From positions 61,195-125,194 of the forward strand of contig DHVB01000021.1 of assembly GCA_002412425.1 (NCBI GenBank): DNA of 64,000 nucleotides, given 5' to 3'. Every line of letters begins with the position of its first letter. Position 1 is the first letter of the stretch. The stretch is from Bacteroidales bacterium UBA5219. Lineage in GTDB: Bacteria; Bacteroidota; Bacteroidia; Bacteroidales; ML635J-15. The position numbers and the translations under genes are program-made. The notes under the pieces are model-generated. The model saw only the letters and a list, made by a program, of their open reading frames with translations, was not told the origin of the DNA and did no database searches. Positions 9,369 to 19,514 of the stretch are shown piece by piece.

Positions 9369-11738
9369 TTATTCATTTCCACTTATAAAAAGAATTTTTG
9401 TAACATTTTTTTTAGAGCCTGTTTCGTTTGTAGCAAAAACCAAATATACGCCTGTACGCACTCTGTTTCCTCTAAGGTCTTCTCCATACCACACTGCTTG
9501 TCCACCTTCGGAACGAGTTTCGAAAACCAAATTCCCAGAAATATCTGTAATCTTCACATAAGAACCAGCAACTAATCCAGAGATTGTAATAGGTCCTCTA
9601 TAATCTGGTTTCACAGGATTTGGGAAGGTGTAAACTTTATCAAAATTATCATCACCTTCGGTAGGAATATTTCTGTATGAAATAATTCCTTTCTCAGTTC
9701 CAAAAAACACCTCACCAGTATTTGGAATTATTTCTGTGCAAATAATATTATTTGAAATTAGAGGCGAATTTTCTGTGTTAAAATGTAAGATTTTTTCTAG
9801 TCCATCAGCACTTGTATAATATACTCCTCCAGATTGAGTTCCAAACCATTTTTTATTAGAACCATCAACAGTTATTGTTGTAACAACATCATTTCCTAAT
9901 AAAATATCAGCATTGTCAGTTCCGTCATTTCTAGGGATTTTTATTTGTCTTGCAGTAAATTTATTTGAAGTAAATACATCTTGAGGGTTGTAATAAACTG
10001 CAACTCCTTTTCTTGTTCCTACCCAAATATATCCGTTTTTATCTTCGGCGATTGAATAAACGTCATTACTAATAAGTTCTCCATTTTCGTTTACAATGTC
10101 AAGTCGTTTAACTTTGTCATCGCTTCTTACATCAGGAGTTCCGTTGTCATCAAAGACTAACAATCCGCCAGATTGACCAACAATAACCCATTTTATATTA
10201 TCTTTTGTTATTAAAATTTTACCAATATTTCTATCATTAATTATCGAGCTATAATTTATACCAGTCCATTTTCCTTGTTTATCTAAAACGTGAATTTGTG
10301 GAGTTGCTAGAGAATTTGTTACCCAAAGATTTCCTTCACTATCAAAATCAGCTCCTCCAATTCTTATATATCCGCTATTTCCTAAAGCTTGTCGCAAAGA
10401 ACTGTTTTCGTCATTGTGAATTTTATAATATGCATTATTTCTATATTCTAACAAACCATTTACCCAAGAGCCAATAAATATGTTGTTTGGGTCATTAGGG
10501 TTTATAGTAATTGTTGTTAAGTCGAATACACCTTCTAAACCATTATTGGGTTTATCTAGAGCCGAAGTCCAAAATTCATCTTTAAATTCAAAAGACATTC
10601 CATGTGCCCATTTTGGTCCCCATGCTGCGGTCATTCCACCATTAATTCCTATAATTTTTGATTCTGAAACAGCAAAATCATAAACTTTTTCAGTTTCAGG
10701 TCCATTAATAATGTATGATTTATAATCCCAAGGTTCTGGCGTTCTAACTAAACCATTTATCTTATCAGCAATCCATAAAATTTTCTCATCTTCTAAAAAC
10801 GCATCAGCAGGAATAGCTTGGCGATATTGTTCATTTATAGTGTAATGCCAAACAGTTTTAACTTCTTCAAAATTTTTGTTAAGAAGTCTTATCCAATAAC
10901 GGTTTATTAAAATTAAATGTTCGGAGCTAGAAGTAACGGCTTCAAACATATTTTCTTCGGGGTAAAGTCTTTCCCAATTTCCGTTGTAGTAAACTACTAA
11001 AGTGTCCGCATCGTCTTGTGTAGGATTGTGGTAATTAGCAATAATTTTTCCATCAAAAATTGTAAGACTAGAAAATTCTTTGCCTTCGAGCCATTTGAAA
11101 TCGTTAGGCAAATTTTGTTGTGTAATTATTTCCCAATTTGAGAAATCAACTAGTTTATTGTTAAAATTGCCTTTGTAAATTCCTATGTCGGTAGCTGCAT
11201 AAATGTATTCACCATCATTATCTAAAGAATTAATTTTCACATAAGTTCCATTTTCGCCTATATACCAAGTTTCTTTAATTTCTTTGCGTTTTAGGTCTAG
11301 TTCAATAATCCCAAAACCGCAAGCTAAGTATGCGAAATCTCCATTTAGACTAATATCGTAAATAGTTTTGTCTCCATTTATAAACTTGCGTTTTAAGTCA
11401 CCTATATTAGTAATTGTATTATTTTGTACTAGGTCAATATTCCCATTAGTATATGCAATAATAAAAGTGTCGAATTTTTTACTATATTTTACTGTACTTA
11501 CTCCCGCATCACTAAATCCGTTTATTTTGCTTAGTTTTTCTAATTCACTAGTTCTTTTATCAAAACGCATTAGTCCGGCATTAGTACTCATGTAAATTTC
11601 ATTTTCAGATATAGCCAAACTTGTGCCGTGATTATAAGGTAGGTGGTCTCGCCATTGTCCTACAGCGACTTGAGCAGTAGAGAAAAATGACAAAATCATC
11701 AAGCAAACAATGCTTAGTATATAATTTATTTTATTCAT
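9369..11738 (-). CDS. two-propeller (two-component-regulator-propeller repeat) protein with T9SS CTD; PorZ-like
   Basis: Signal peptide, N-terminal WRDHLPYNHG, repeated propeller blades (YIWVGT, LWVTN motifs). The 789-aa size is close to PorZ. C-terminal FPNPVKP...GVYLVFA sorting domain. Confidence 0.55.
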   Translation of the reverse strand: MNKINYILSIVCLMILSFFSTAQVAVGQWRDHLPYNHGTSLAISENEIYMSTNAGLMRFDKRTSELEKLSKINGFSDAGVSTVKYSKKFDTFIIAYTNGNIDLVQNNTITNIGDLKRKFINGDKTIYDISLNGDFAYLACGFGIIELDLKRKEIKETWYIGENGTYVKINSLDNDGEYIYAATDIGIYKGNFNNKLVDFSNWEIITQQNLPNDFKWLEGKEFSSLTIFDGKIIANYHNPTQDDADTLVVYYNGNWERLYPEENMFEAVTSSSEHLILINRYWIRLLNKNFEEVKTVWHYTINEQYRQAIPADAFLEDEKILWIADKINGLVRTPEPWDYKSYIINGPETEKVYDFAVSESKIIGINGGMTAAWGPKWAHGMSFEFKDEFWTSALDKPNNGLEGVFDLTTITINPNDPNNIFIGSWVNGLLEYRNNAYYKIHNDENSSLRQALGNSGYIRIGGADFDSEGNLWVTNSLATPQIHVLDKQGKWTGINYSSIINDRNIGKILITKDNIKWVIVGQSGGLLVFDDNGTPDVRSDDKVKRLDIVNENGELISNDVYSIAEDKNGYIWVGTRKGVAVYYNPQDVFTSNKFTARQIKIPRNDGTDNADILLGNDVVTTITVDGSNKKWFGTQSGGVYYTSADGLEKILHFNTENSPLISNNIICTEIIPNTGEVFFGTEKGIISYRNIPTEGDDNFDKVYTFPNPVKPDYRGPITISGLVAGSYVKITDISGNLVFETRSEGGQAVWYGEDLRGNRVRTGVYLVFATNETGSKKNVTKILFISGNE

Positions 11739-11783
11739 TATTATTTATAGTATTTTTTATTTATAAACATAAAAACAAAGAAT

Positions 11784-12380
11784 TTATTTTAAATCTACTT
11801 CATAATGTTTTAAAAAATTAAAGAGTTTTTCAAAAGCTTGTGCTCTGTGCGAAATCGTATTTTTTATATTTAAAGGAAGTTCAGCAAATGTTTTTTCAAA
11901 ACCTAAAGGCACAAAAACAGGATCGTATCCAAAGCCATTTTCGCCTTTTAATTCACCAATTATTTTGCCTTTTATTATTCCTTCAAAAAGATATTCTTTC
12001 CCGTTTAAGATTAAGGCAACAACAGTTCTAAACTGTGCTGAGCGATTTGAACAATCTTTTAATTCATTAAGTAACTTTTTGATATTATCAATAGATGATT
12101 TCTCTTCTCCTGCATATCTGGCGGAGAAAATTCCTGGTCTTCCATTAAGAGCCTCAACTTCTAAACCAGTGTCATCAGCAAAGCAATTTTTACTAATTTT
12201 TTCATACAAATATCTTGCTTTTTGAAGTGCATTCCCCTCTAGAGTATTTTGTGTTTCTGGAAGTTCTTCGGTAATTCCAAACTCGTCAATTCCAACAATA
12301 TTGAATTTATTATTTGCAATATGTCTTACTTCTTTTAATTTGTTTGGATTATTTGTAGCAAATATGAAGTTTGTATTCAT
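11784..12380 (-). CDS. rdgB: non-canonical purine NTP pyrophosphatase (RdgB/HAM1 family)
   Basis: ATNNPNKLKE, TLEGNALQKA, FGYDPVF, SHRAQA motifs. Confidence 0.9.
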   Translation of the reverse strand: MNTNFIFATNNPNKLKEVRHIANNKFNIVGIDEFGITEELPETQNTLEGNALQKARYLYEKISKNCFADDTGLEVEALNGRPGIFSARYAGEEKSSIDNIKKLLNELKDCSNRSAQFRTVVALILNGKEYLFEGIIKGKIIGELKGENGFGYDPVFVPLGFEKTFAELPLNIKNTISHRAQAFEKLFNFLKHYEVDLK

Positions 12381-12382
12381 TT

Positions 12383-13204
12383 CTAAAAACTTATATTATG
12401 AATTATTTGTCTTATAACTTCTGGAAAATACAATTCAACAACTGTTTGTTTGTCGTCTAAATTAAAAGGTAATTTAGTGATTCCAAAACTATTATGTATC
12501 ATTTGCCCTTTTGTGTTATAAATTGAAAAATGAACTTTTAAATTTCTTTCAGCTTTAGTATTTCCACTTAAATAGGGGTCTCCATAATTTCCAACTATCT
12601 CGAATTGATTTATAAATAAAAACAAGTCAACATTTCGTCTGTTTGCTATTTCTTCAAGAACTTCGGGTTGATGGAACACAATATTTAAGCTCATGTCTTG
12701 GGTCGTTTGTCGCCTGCTTACAATTTCGCCATTGTGTATTCTTGCATCATATTCTTTAGTTTCTTCAAGTCTTCGTTGTAGTTCTTTTTCTTCTTTTTTC
12801 TTAGCAAAAAAAGATTTCTTTTTATTTTCTTCTGGATTTTCAGGTGCATTTTTTGTGGCTAAAACCAATTCGTAAGAAATTAAAGAATATAAAGTATTAA
12901 TATCTTCTTGGTCAATTCTGGTATTGTCTGAAAATAAACTTACAACGCTACAAGAATCCATCATAGCATTATGAAGTTGGAGATTAAATTGATACCTAAA
13001 ATATTGCATTAATTCGTCGTGGTTTGACCTTTCATTTTTCAACATAATTGCTGTAGCATCGTTTACATATATTCTTGGGTCGAAAGGAACTAGCAAAATT
13101 CTTTTTTCTGAAGGTGCAGTATTAGAAAAATCTAAAAATTCCTGAGCATTGAGACTCAAGAAACTTGAATTTAAAACTAAGAAAACAAAAATTATTTTTC
13201 TCAT
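12383..13204 (-). CDS. hypothetical secreted protein with central K/E-rich segment
   Basis: Signal peptide MRKIIFVFLVLNSSFLSLNAQ. Tightly packed in the operon. No motif recognised. Confidence 0.5.
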   Translation of the reverse strand: MRKIIFVFLVLNSSFLSLNAQEFLDFSNTAPSEKRILLVPFDPRIYVNDATAIMLKNERSNHDELMQYFRYQFNLQLHNAMMDSCSVVSLFSDNTRIDQEDINTLYSLISYELVLATKNAPENPEENKKKSFFAKKKEEKELQRRLEETKEYDARIHNGEIVSRRQTTQDMSLNIVFHQPEVLEEIANRRNVDLFLFINQFEIVGNYGDPYLSGNTKAERNLKVHFSIYNTKGQMIHNSFGITKLPFNLDDKQTVVELYFPEVIRQIIHNISF

Positions 13205-13237
13205 AATTTCATTAAAAATTTAAACTAACAACCAGAC

Positions 13238-14539
13238 TCAAAATAAGTTAATGATGTCGTTCCCGATTACAAAAACCATTAAGGCAAGTAAAATTAACAT
13301 TCCAATAACTTGCACAATTCCCATAAACTTGTCGGACAATTTTCGTCCTGTAATAACTTCTATAACAAGGAATAGTGCATGTCCGCCGTCTAATGCTGGG
13401 ATAGGTAAAACATTTATAAAAGCTAATATCATAGATATAATACCTGTTAATCTCCAGAATTTTGCCCAATCCCAAACTGCTCCATAAACCTTAGCAATTC
13501 CTATTGGTCCTTGTAAGCTTTCTCTAACTTTTTCTTTTCCAGCAAATATTAAGCCATATCCTTTTATATTTGCATTAACAGTTTCGAAAGCATCTTTCCA
13601 GCCATATAAAAGAGCAGTACCAAAATTATATTTTGCACCTGTAAATTTTGGTAAACTAGCATATATCCCTAGCTTAGCTGTACTATCAATAAAAATATCT
13701 AAACTATCTATTTTGCCATTATTGTCAAAAACAAAACTAAGTTCTCTATTTTTGTTATAATGTAAAATTTCTTTTAGCTGTCCAAAAGATTTTATCCTTT
13801 CACGATTTATTGACAAGATTTTACTGCCCTTTTTTAAATTCAAGTCGGATATTGGCATGTTGTCAACACAGCTATCAATACTAAAGTTAAAGTTATCAAG
13901 ACTTATAAAGAGTCCTCCATTTTTTAGGTATGAATAAAGAGTGTCTGGAATAGCAATTTCTTTTGTTTGTCCGTATCTATCAACAGTAATAGATTTTGCA
14001 AAAAATAATTTGCTTGAAAATACATCTTCGTATCTTTGTGTTGGTTTTCCGTCAATTGCAATTATTTTATCTCCTGTTTCAAAGCCTAAGTATCTAGCAT
14101 AAGGGTAAGCGTAAATTCCTTGTTCCACATTTTTTACTGGTAAATATTCCTTTGTATAAACCATATGTGAAATACTTAGAATTAAAATACCAGCAATAAC
14201 ATTCATAAAAACTCCTGCTAACATTACGATTAGTCTTTGCCAAGCAGGTTTGCTCCTAAATTCCCATTCTTTTGGCTCTTGTTTCATTTGCTCGGTATCC
14301 ATTGATTCGTCAATCATACCTGCAATTTTCACATAACCACCTAAAGGTAGCCAACCAAAACCAAATTCTGTATCTCCAATTTTTTTGCTCCATATTTTAA
14401 ATCCAACGTCAAAGAATATAAAGAATTTTGTTACTTTGATGCCGAACATTCTTGCTGCAAGAAAATGCCCCAACTCGTGAATGACAACTAAAAGTGTTAA
14501 TGACAATAATAGTTGTCCTGCCATTATTAATCCACCCAT
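13238..14539 (-). CDS. rseP: RIP metalloprotease RseP (site-2 protease, M50)
   Basis: HELGH zinc motif in TM1, internal PDZ-like regions, NVLPIPALDGG motif near the C-terminus. Confidence 0.9.
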   Translation of the reverse strand: MGGLIMAGQLLLSLTLLVVIHELGHFLAARMFGIKVTKFFIFFDVGFKIWSKKIGDTEFGFGWLPLGGYVKIAGMIDESMDTEQMKQEPKEWEFRSKPAWQRLIVMLAGVFMNVIAGILILSISHMVYTKEYLPVKNVEQGIYAYPYARYLGFETGDKIIAIDGKPTQRYEDVFSSKLFFAKSITVDRYGQTKEIAIPDTLYSYLKNGGLFISLDNFNFSIDSCVDNMPISDLNLKKGSKILSINRERIKSFGQLKEILHYNKNRELSFVFDNNGKIDSLDIFIDSTAKLGIYASLPKFTGAKYNFGTALLYGWKDAFETVNANIKGYGLIFAGKEKVRESLQGPIGIAKVYGAVWDWAKFWRLTGIISMILAFINVLPIPALDGGHALFLVIEVITGRKLSDKFMGIVQVIGMLILLALMVFVIGNDIINLF

Positions 14540-15705
14540 TATTTTATCTTTTTATATAATTCAAATGTTTTTTTTCTAGTTATATTGTCTATTTCGACAC
14601 AATCTTTTAAACTTGGATTGTTTATAAATTCTATTGTTGCCAAACCTTCTTCTATTAAATCAGAAATTTCTACAAATGAAATTTTTTCTTGTAAAAATAA
14701 ATCTACAGCAACTTCATTTGCTGCGTTCATAACACAAGGCGAAGTTCCACCTGCATTTAGGCAATCTATAGCAATTTGTAAATTTCTAAAAGTTTTTAAA
14801 TCTGGTTGTTCGAAAGTTAAATTTTCAAAATCTTTGAAAGAAAATCTATGTTTATTGGAAACACTGCGATTTGGAAAATCTAAAGCATATTGAATTGGAA
14901 TTCTCATATTTGGTACTCCTAGCTGAGCTTTTAATGAACCATCAACGAACTCAACTAAAGAATGTATTACGGATTGGGGGTGTATTACAACTTCAATATT
15001 TTTGGCATCAATTCCAAAAAGCCAGTGAGCTTCTATTAGTTCTAGTCCTTTGTTCATCAAACTTGCAGAGTCAATGGTAACTTTACTTCCCATATTCCAG
15101 TTTGGATGTTTAAGTGCTTGTTTTGGTTTAACTTTTTTAAGAAAGTCTATATCTTTTCCTCTAAAAGGACCACCCGAAGCGGTTAAAATTAATTTGTCAA
15201 CATTTTTATGATTTTCTCCAATTAAGCATTGAAATATTGCAGAATGTTCCGAATCAACAGGAATAATTTGTGATTTACTATTTTCTAGTAGCTTGTTTAT
15301 GATATGTCCTGCTACTACTAGGGTTTCTTTGTTTGATAGAGCTATTGTTTTGTTTGCTTCTATGGCTTTTATGGTTGGCAAAAGACCTGCAAAACCCACC
15401 ATGGCTGTTAGAACAATGTCAACACAATCCATTTGCACAACTTGCTCTATAGATTTTGCTCCAGCAAAAACTTTTATAGGCAAATGATTAATGGCGTTTT
15501 TTAATTTTTCGTAGTGTTCTTCATTTGCAATAACTACTATATTTGGTTGAAATTCAATGGCTTGTTTAATTAGTAAATCAACATTATTATTTGCAACTAA
15601 AACTTCAGCTTGAAATTTATCGGGATAGTCGCTAATAATTTTTAAAGCTTGAGTTCCAATTGAGCCTGTTGACCCCAAAATTGCTATATTTTTTTGTTTT
15701 TTCAT
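14539..15705 (-). CDS. dxr: 1-deoxy-D-xylulose-5-phosphate reductoisomerase
   Basis: ILGSTGSIG NADPH site, DSEHSAIFQC, LTASGGPF, NKGLE motifs. I place the start at the internal ATG (MKKQKNIAIL), which forms a TAATG overlap with the upstream stop. The ORF-track extension to 15753 overlaps the M23 gene. Confidence 0.92.
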   Translation of the reverse strand: MKKQKNIAILGSTGSIGTQALKIISDYPDKFQAEVLVANNNVDLLIKQAIEFQPNIVVIANEEHYEKLKNAINHLPIKVFAGAKSIEQVVQMDCVDIVLTAMVGFAGLLPTIKAIEANKTIALSNKETLVVAGHIINKLLENSKSQIIPVDSEHSAIFQCLIGENHKNVDKLILTASGGPFRGKDIDFLKKVKPKQALKHPNWNMGSKVTIDSASLMNKGLELIEAHWLFGIDAKNIEVVIHPQSVIHSLVEFVDGSLKAQLGVPNMRIPIQYALDFPNRSVSNKHRFSFKDFENLTFEQPDLKTFRNLQIAIDCLNAGGTSPCVMNAANEVAVDLFLQEKISFVEISDLIEEGLATIEFINNPSLKDCVEIDNITRKKTFELYKKIK

Positions 15706-16535
15706 TAGAATTGTATATAGTTTTCGGGATTTATTGATTTGCCATTTTTCCACAATTCGAAATGCAAATGAGGACCAGAACTATTTTCGCCAGAATCTCC
15801 ATAGTTAGCAATAATTTGACCAGTTGCAACTCTCTCTCCTTCTTTTACTAAACTTGATTTTGCATGTTTATAAACCGAGATTAAATTAGATTTGTGTTGG
15901 ATAATTATTGTATAGCCATTTTCTATAGTATAAGCAGATGAAATTACTGTACCGCGGTAAGTTGCTTTTATTACTTCATCACTAATGGCAGCTATATCAA
16001 TTCCAAAATGATTTTGAGAAGGCGAATATTTTGAAACTACTATTCCTTTTATCGGTTCAACAATATTAGGAAATTCTTCTTCTGGAACAACAAAATCAGT
16101 ATCGTCTTCTATTTTTATTCTTGGTTTTGTGGGATTGTTGAAATCAATAATTTGCTGTTCGCTTAAATTTTGAACAGGCACAACAAAGTCTTCATCTATT
16201 GGTACCTCATTAAAAACAAGGTCTTGTATCATTTTTAAATACTGGTCTTTCATTTCTAATTCATGCATTAAACTGTCTGTTTTAATTGCATTTTCATAAA
16301 TTAACTTTTTTGTTTCTTTGTCAGGGTAGCCAGGAATCATTTGTTTTATTGGTGTGTAAATTACAAAAACTGATAAAATTGCAAATAAAACTACTATGAT
16401 TCCAAAAATGAAAAATGTAAATCCTAATCGATTGAATTTAATTTTTCTGATAGTATCATAGGTTTTTCCATGATATACTACAAGTTGAAAACTCTTTCTA
16501 AACCAATTTGATATTTTGTTTCTTTTTTTATCCAT
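15705..16535 (-). CDS. M23 family metallopeptidase (LytM domain), membrane anchored
   Basis: N-terminal TM helix. HFGIDIA and GPHLHFELW zinc-ligand motifs. Confidence 0.85.
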   Translation of the reverse strand: MDKKRNKISNWFRKSFQLVVYHGKTYDTIRKIKFNRLGFTFFIFGIIVVLFAILSVFVIYTPIKQMIPGYPDKETKKLIYENAIKTDSLMHELEMKDQYLKMIQDLVFNEVPIDEDFVVPVQNLSEQQIIDFNNPTKPRIKIEDDTDFVVPEEEFPNIVEPIKGIVVSKYSPSQNHFGIDIAAISDEVIKATYRGTVISSAYTIENGYTIIIQHKSNLISVYKHAKSSLVKEGERVATGQIIANYGDSGENSSGPHLHFELWKNGKSINPENYIQF

Positions 16536-16593
16536 TTCGTGTGCAAATATAGTTGATTTTGTGAAATGTATAAACTTGAGCTATGGCAATTTT

Positions 16594-17088
16594 TTAAAAT
16601 AAACTTGTTAACTCTTTAGTGTATGGAAAAATTATGTTAAAAATTTTTATAATAAACTTATATAAAACTGATTTATCCCATATTGCAGGGTCGAAAAGAC
16701 CAGCTTTTTCGTTTAGTCTATTTATGAAAAACAGTAAGCCACCAATAATTAAGCTAATTTTTAGAATTGCAAAAACAGCTCCTCCAGTTTTGTTTAGCCA
16801 TTGAAGTTTTATAAGTTTAATAAATCTATTTAATAGATGAGAAAACATAAAAACTACTACTACTGTGGCAATAAAAATTATTGCAAAAGCAAATATTGGC
16901 AAATATTCTGCGTAAGAACTTGCTTTATCTTCAAGAATAGGTATTAACTTTGCATAAAATTTTATAGCTAGAAAAATGCCGAGTGTTAAAGCCAAAAGGC
17001 TTGCAAGTTCTTTTATTAATCCATTTTTTACTCCTTTATAAATGAAATAAATAAAGATAATAATAAGTATAATGTCAATAAAAAACAT
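16594..17088 (-). CDS. cvpA: CvpA family membrane protein
   Basis: 164 aa with four predicted TM helices. The N-terminal pattern IDIILIIIFIYFIYKGVKNGLIKE is typical of CvpA. Confidence 0.7.
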   Translation of the reverse strand: MFFIDIILIIIFIYFIYKGVKNGLIKELASLLALTLGIFLAIKFYAKLIPILEDKASSYAEYLPIFAFAIIFIATVVVVFMFSHLLNRFIKLIKLQWLNKTGGAVFAILKISLIIGGLLFFINRLNEKAGLFDPAIWDKSVLYKFIIKIFNIIFPYTKELTSLF

Positions 17089-17135
17089 AATTCAAAAATT
17101 TTTATAAAAATAATTTTTTTTATCTTCGCGACAAA

Positions 17136-18701
17136 ATGTCTTTAATAAATTCTATAGTAAGTTTAATAAATTATAATCGATTAGCAGAAATCGATTATTT
17201 TCGTTCACATCCTTTTGAGGTGCAAGAAAAAGTATTAGCAGAATTGTTAGAAAAAGGTGCTTTTACTGAAATAGGAAAGAAATACAATTTAGATAAAGTA
17301 AAAAATGGTGTGGATTTTTCTAATAAAATGCCTTTGCATGATTATGATTCTTTAAAGCCTTATATTGATGAAACTATGCACGGGAAAGAAAATATTCTTT
17401 GGCCCGGAAAAACTAAGTGGTTTTCAAAATCTAGTGGAACAACTTCTGATAGAAGTAAGTTTATACCTATTTCTAAAGAGGCTTTAGAAGATTGTCATTT
17501 TAGAAGTGGAAAAGACATTTTTATGCTTTATGCTGACAGGTATCCCGAGTCTAAGGTCTTTGTTGGAAAAACATTGTCTATAGGAGGTTCAACAGATATA
17601 AATGCAAATGATTCAGATTCTTACTATGGCGATTTGTCGGCTATATTAATAAAAAACTTGCCTTTTTGGACTTATTTCAACCGAGTTCCTAAAAGTGATA
17701 TTGCATTAATAGACGATTGGGAGGTTAAGTTAGAAAAAATTGTTGAAACAACTTATAATAAGAACGTTACCTGTTTAGTTGGAATACCAACTTGGTTTTT
17801 AGTTTTGATAAAAAAAGTATTGAGCTATACTGGTAAAAGTAATATTCTTGAGGTTTGGCCCAATTTAGAGTTGTTTGTTCATGGAGCAGTAAATTTTTCG
17901 CCTTATCGAGAAACTTTTCGCAATTTAATTCCTAATCCAGCTATGATTTATATGGAAACATATAATGCGTCTGAAGGGTTTTTTGCAATTCAAGATGAAA
18001 CATCAAGCAATCCTTTGTTAAATAATGAGGGACTTATGCTAATGTTGGATTATGGAATTTATTACGAATTTATTGAACTTTCAGATTATTTAGCAGGAAG
18101 AAACAACGCAGTACCATTAGAAGGTGTAGAATGCGGTGTGAATTATGCTATGGTAATAACTACTAATGCTGGTTTGTGGCGTTATATTATTGGCGATACA
18201 GTTAGTTTTGTTTCAAAAAATCCATATAAACTTAAAATAACTGGTCGCACCAAGCATTTTGTAAACGCTTTTGGCGAAGAAGTAATTATGGATAATGCTC
18301 AGGTTGCCCTAAACCATGCTTGTGAAATAACTGGAGCACAAGTTAGTGAGTTTACTGTAGCTGCAACATTCTATCCTCAAGATTTTACATCAGAGGGAGC
18401 GCATCAATGGTTGTTTGAATTTGAACAAAAACCAAATAATTTACAAACATTTGTTCAAGCTTTAGATTCGAAATTGAGAGAAGTAAATTCTGATTATGAT
18501 GCTAAACGCTTTAACGACTTAGCATTAGCAATGCCCGAAATTATTGTTCTTGATGAAGGTAGCTTCTTTGCTTGGATGGGCAGAAGAGGAAAACTAGGTG
18601 GACAACATAAAGTTCCGCGTTTGTCGAATACACGTGAGTATGTTGACGATTTACTCAAGCATAGCAAGGTGATAGAAAAAATCGTAAATTTAAAAGATTA
18701 A
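17136..18701 (+). CDS. GH3 (auxin-responsive-promoter) family adenylating enzyme homologue
   Basis: About 520 aa. SSGTTS adenylation motif, YNASEGFFA, GLWRYIIGDTV, and the C-terminal KVPRL pattern characteristic of bacterial GH3-family proteins. Confidence 0.85.
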   Translation: MSLINSIVSLINYNRLAEIDYFRSHPFEVQEKVLAELLEKGAFTEIGKKYNLDKVKNGVDFSNKMPLHDYDSLKPYIDETMHGKENILWPGKTKWFSKSSGTTSDRSKFIPISKEALEDCHFRSGKDIFMLYADRYPESKVFVGKTLSIGGSTDINANDSDSYYGDLSAILIKNLPFWTYFNRVPKSDIALIDDWEVKLEKIVETTYNKNVTCLVGIPTWFLVLIKKVLSYTGKSNILEVWPNLELFVHGAVNFSPYRETFRNLIPNPAMIYMETYNASEGFFAIQDETSSNPLLNNEGLMLMLDYGIYYEFIELSDYLAGRNNAVPLEGVECGVNYAMVITTNAGLWRYIIGDTVSFVSKNPYKLKITGRTKHFVNAFGEEVIMDNAQVALNHACEITGAQVSEFTVAATFYPQDFTSEGAHQWLFEFEQKPNNLQTFVQALDSKLREVNSDYDAKRFNDLALAMPEIIVLDEGSFFAWMGRRGKLGGQHKVPRLSNTREYVDDLLKHSKVIEKIVNLKD

Positions 18702-19495
18702 TTTAAAATTAATAGGCTAAATGCCATAATTGCCATTCCAATTACAACTCCATAAGTTGGTATATGATGATTTCCATATTTTTGAGCACCCGGCAATAAT
18801 TCATCAAAAGAAATAAAAACCATAATTCCTGCGGTTATTGCGAAACTAATTCCTAATACAACATCGTTTATAAAAGGCATTATAATTAAATAAGCTATAA
18901 TTGCTCCAAGTGGCTCGGCTAAGCCCGATAAAAAAGAAAGCCGCATGGCTTTGGATTTAGAACCTGTAGCATAATATATAGGAACAGCCACAGCAATTCC
19001 TTCGGGTATATTGTGAATGGCAATAGCAAGTGCAACAGGAATTCCGGTTTCTATATTTGAATATGCTGCCATAAATGTTGCAATTCCTTCAGGAAAATTA
19101 TGTACAGTAATTGCTATTGCAGTAATAACACCTAATCTGTGAAGTTTTGACTTATCAACTTCCTTATTCATGCTTTCTACAAAACGAACTTCATGTGGAT
19201 TTTCTTTTTCTGGAACAAGTTTGTCGATTATTAAACTTATTGCTATTCCAACAAAAAAGGCGAGGACGGAATACCATGTTCCTGTTTTTGCATATTCATT
19301 TTCTAGGAGTTCAAATGCATTAGGAAGCATTTCTACAAAAGAAACATAAATCATTACTCCAGCCGAAAGTCCTAAACTAAACGAAAGCATTTTAGTGTTA
19401 GTTTTTTTTGCAAAAAACGAAATAAGTGAGCCTATACCAGTAGAAAGTCCAGCAATTAGAGTTAAAGAAAAAGCTATTAATACTGTTTTATCCAT
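18698..19495 (-). CDS. zupT: ZIP family zinc transporter ZupT
   Basis: Multi-TM protein with HNFPEGIA and HNIPEGIAV metal-binding motifs. Confidence 0.85.
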   Translation of the reverse strand: MDKTVLIAFSLTLIAGLSTGIGSLISFFAKKTNTKMLSFSLGLSAGVMIYVSFVEMLPNAFELLENEYAKTGTWYSVLAFFVGIAISLIIDKLVPEKENPHEVRFVESMNKEVDKSKLHRLGVITAIAITVHNFPEGIATFMAAYSNIETGIPVALAIAIHNIPEGIAVAVPIYYATGSKSKAMRLSFLSGLAEPLGAIIAYLIIMPFINDVVLGISFAITAGIMVFISFDELLPGAQKYGNHHIPTYGVVIGMAIMAFSLLILN

Positions 19496-19514
19496 AAATT
19501 ATTTTAGAAACAAT

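Noticed and set aside
15706-15753. N-terminal extensions proposed by the ORF track: dxr to 15753, pheS to 30186, TlpA-like from 48752, radical SAM from 52460, repeat protein from 55667.
   Set aside because: The extensions use TTG or other upstream starts. They overlap the neighbouring gene or a promoter box, and they add residues before recognisable N-termini or signal peptides. I chose internal ATGs that form TAATG junctions or follow a -7 box.
18698-18701. The convergent GH3 and zupT genes share overlapping stop codons (TTAA).
   Set aside because: This is a real but trivial consequence of compact genome packing. No terminator or regulatory implication can be supported.
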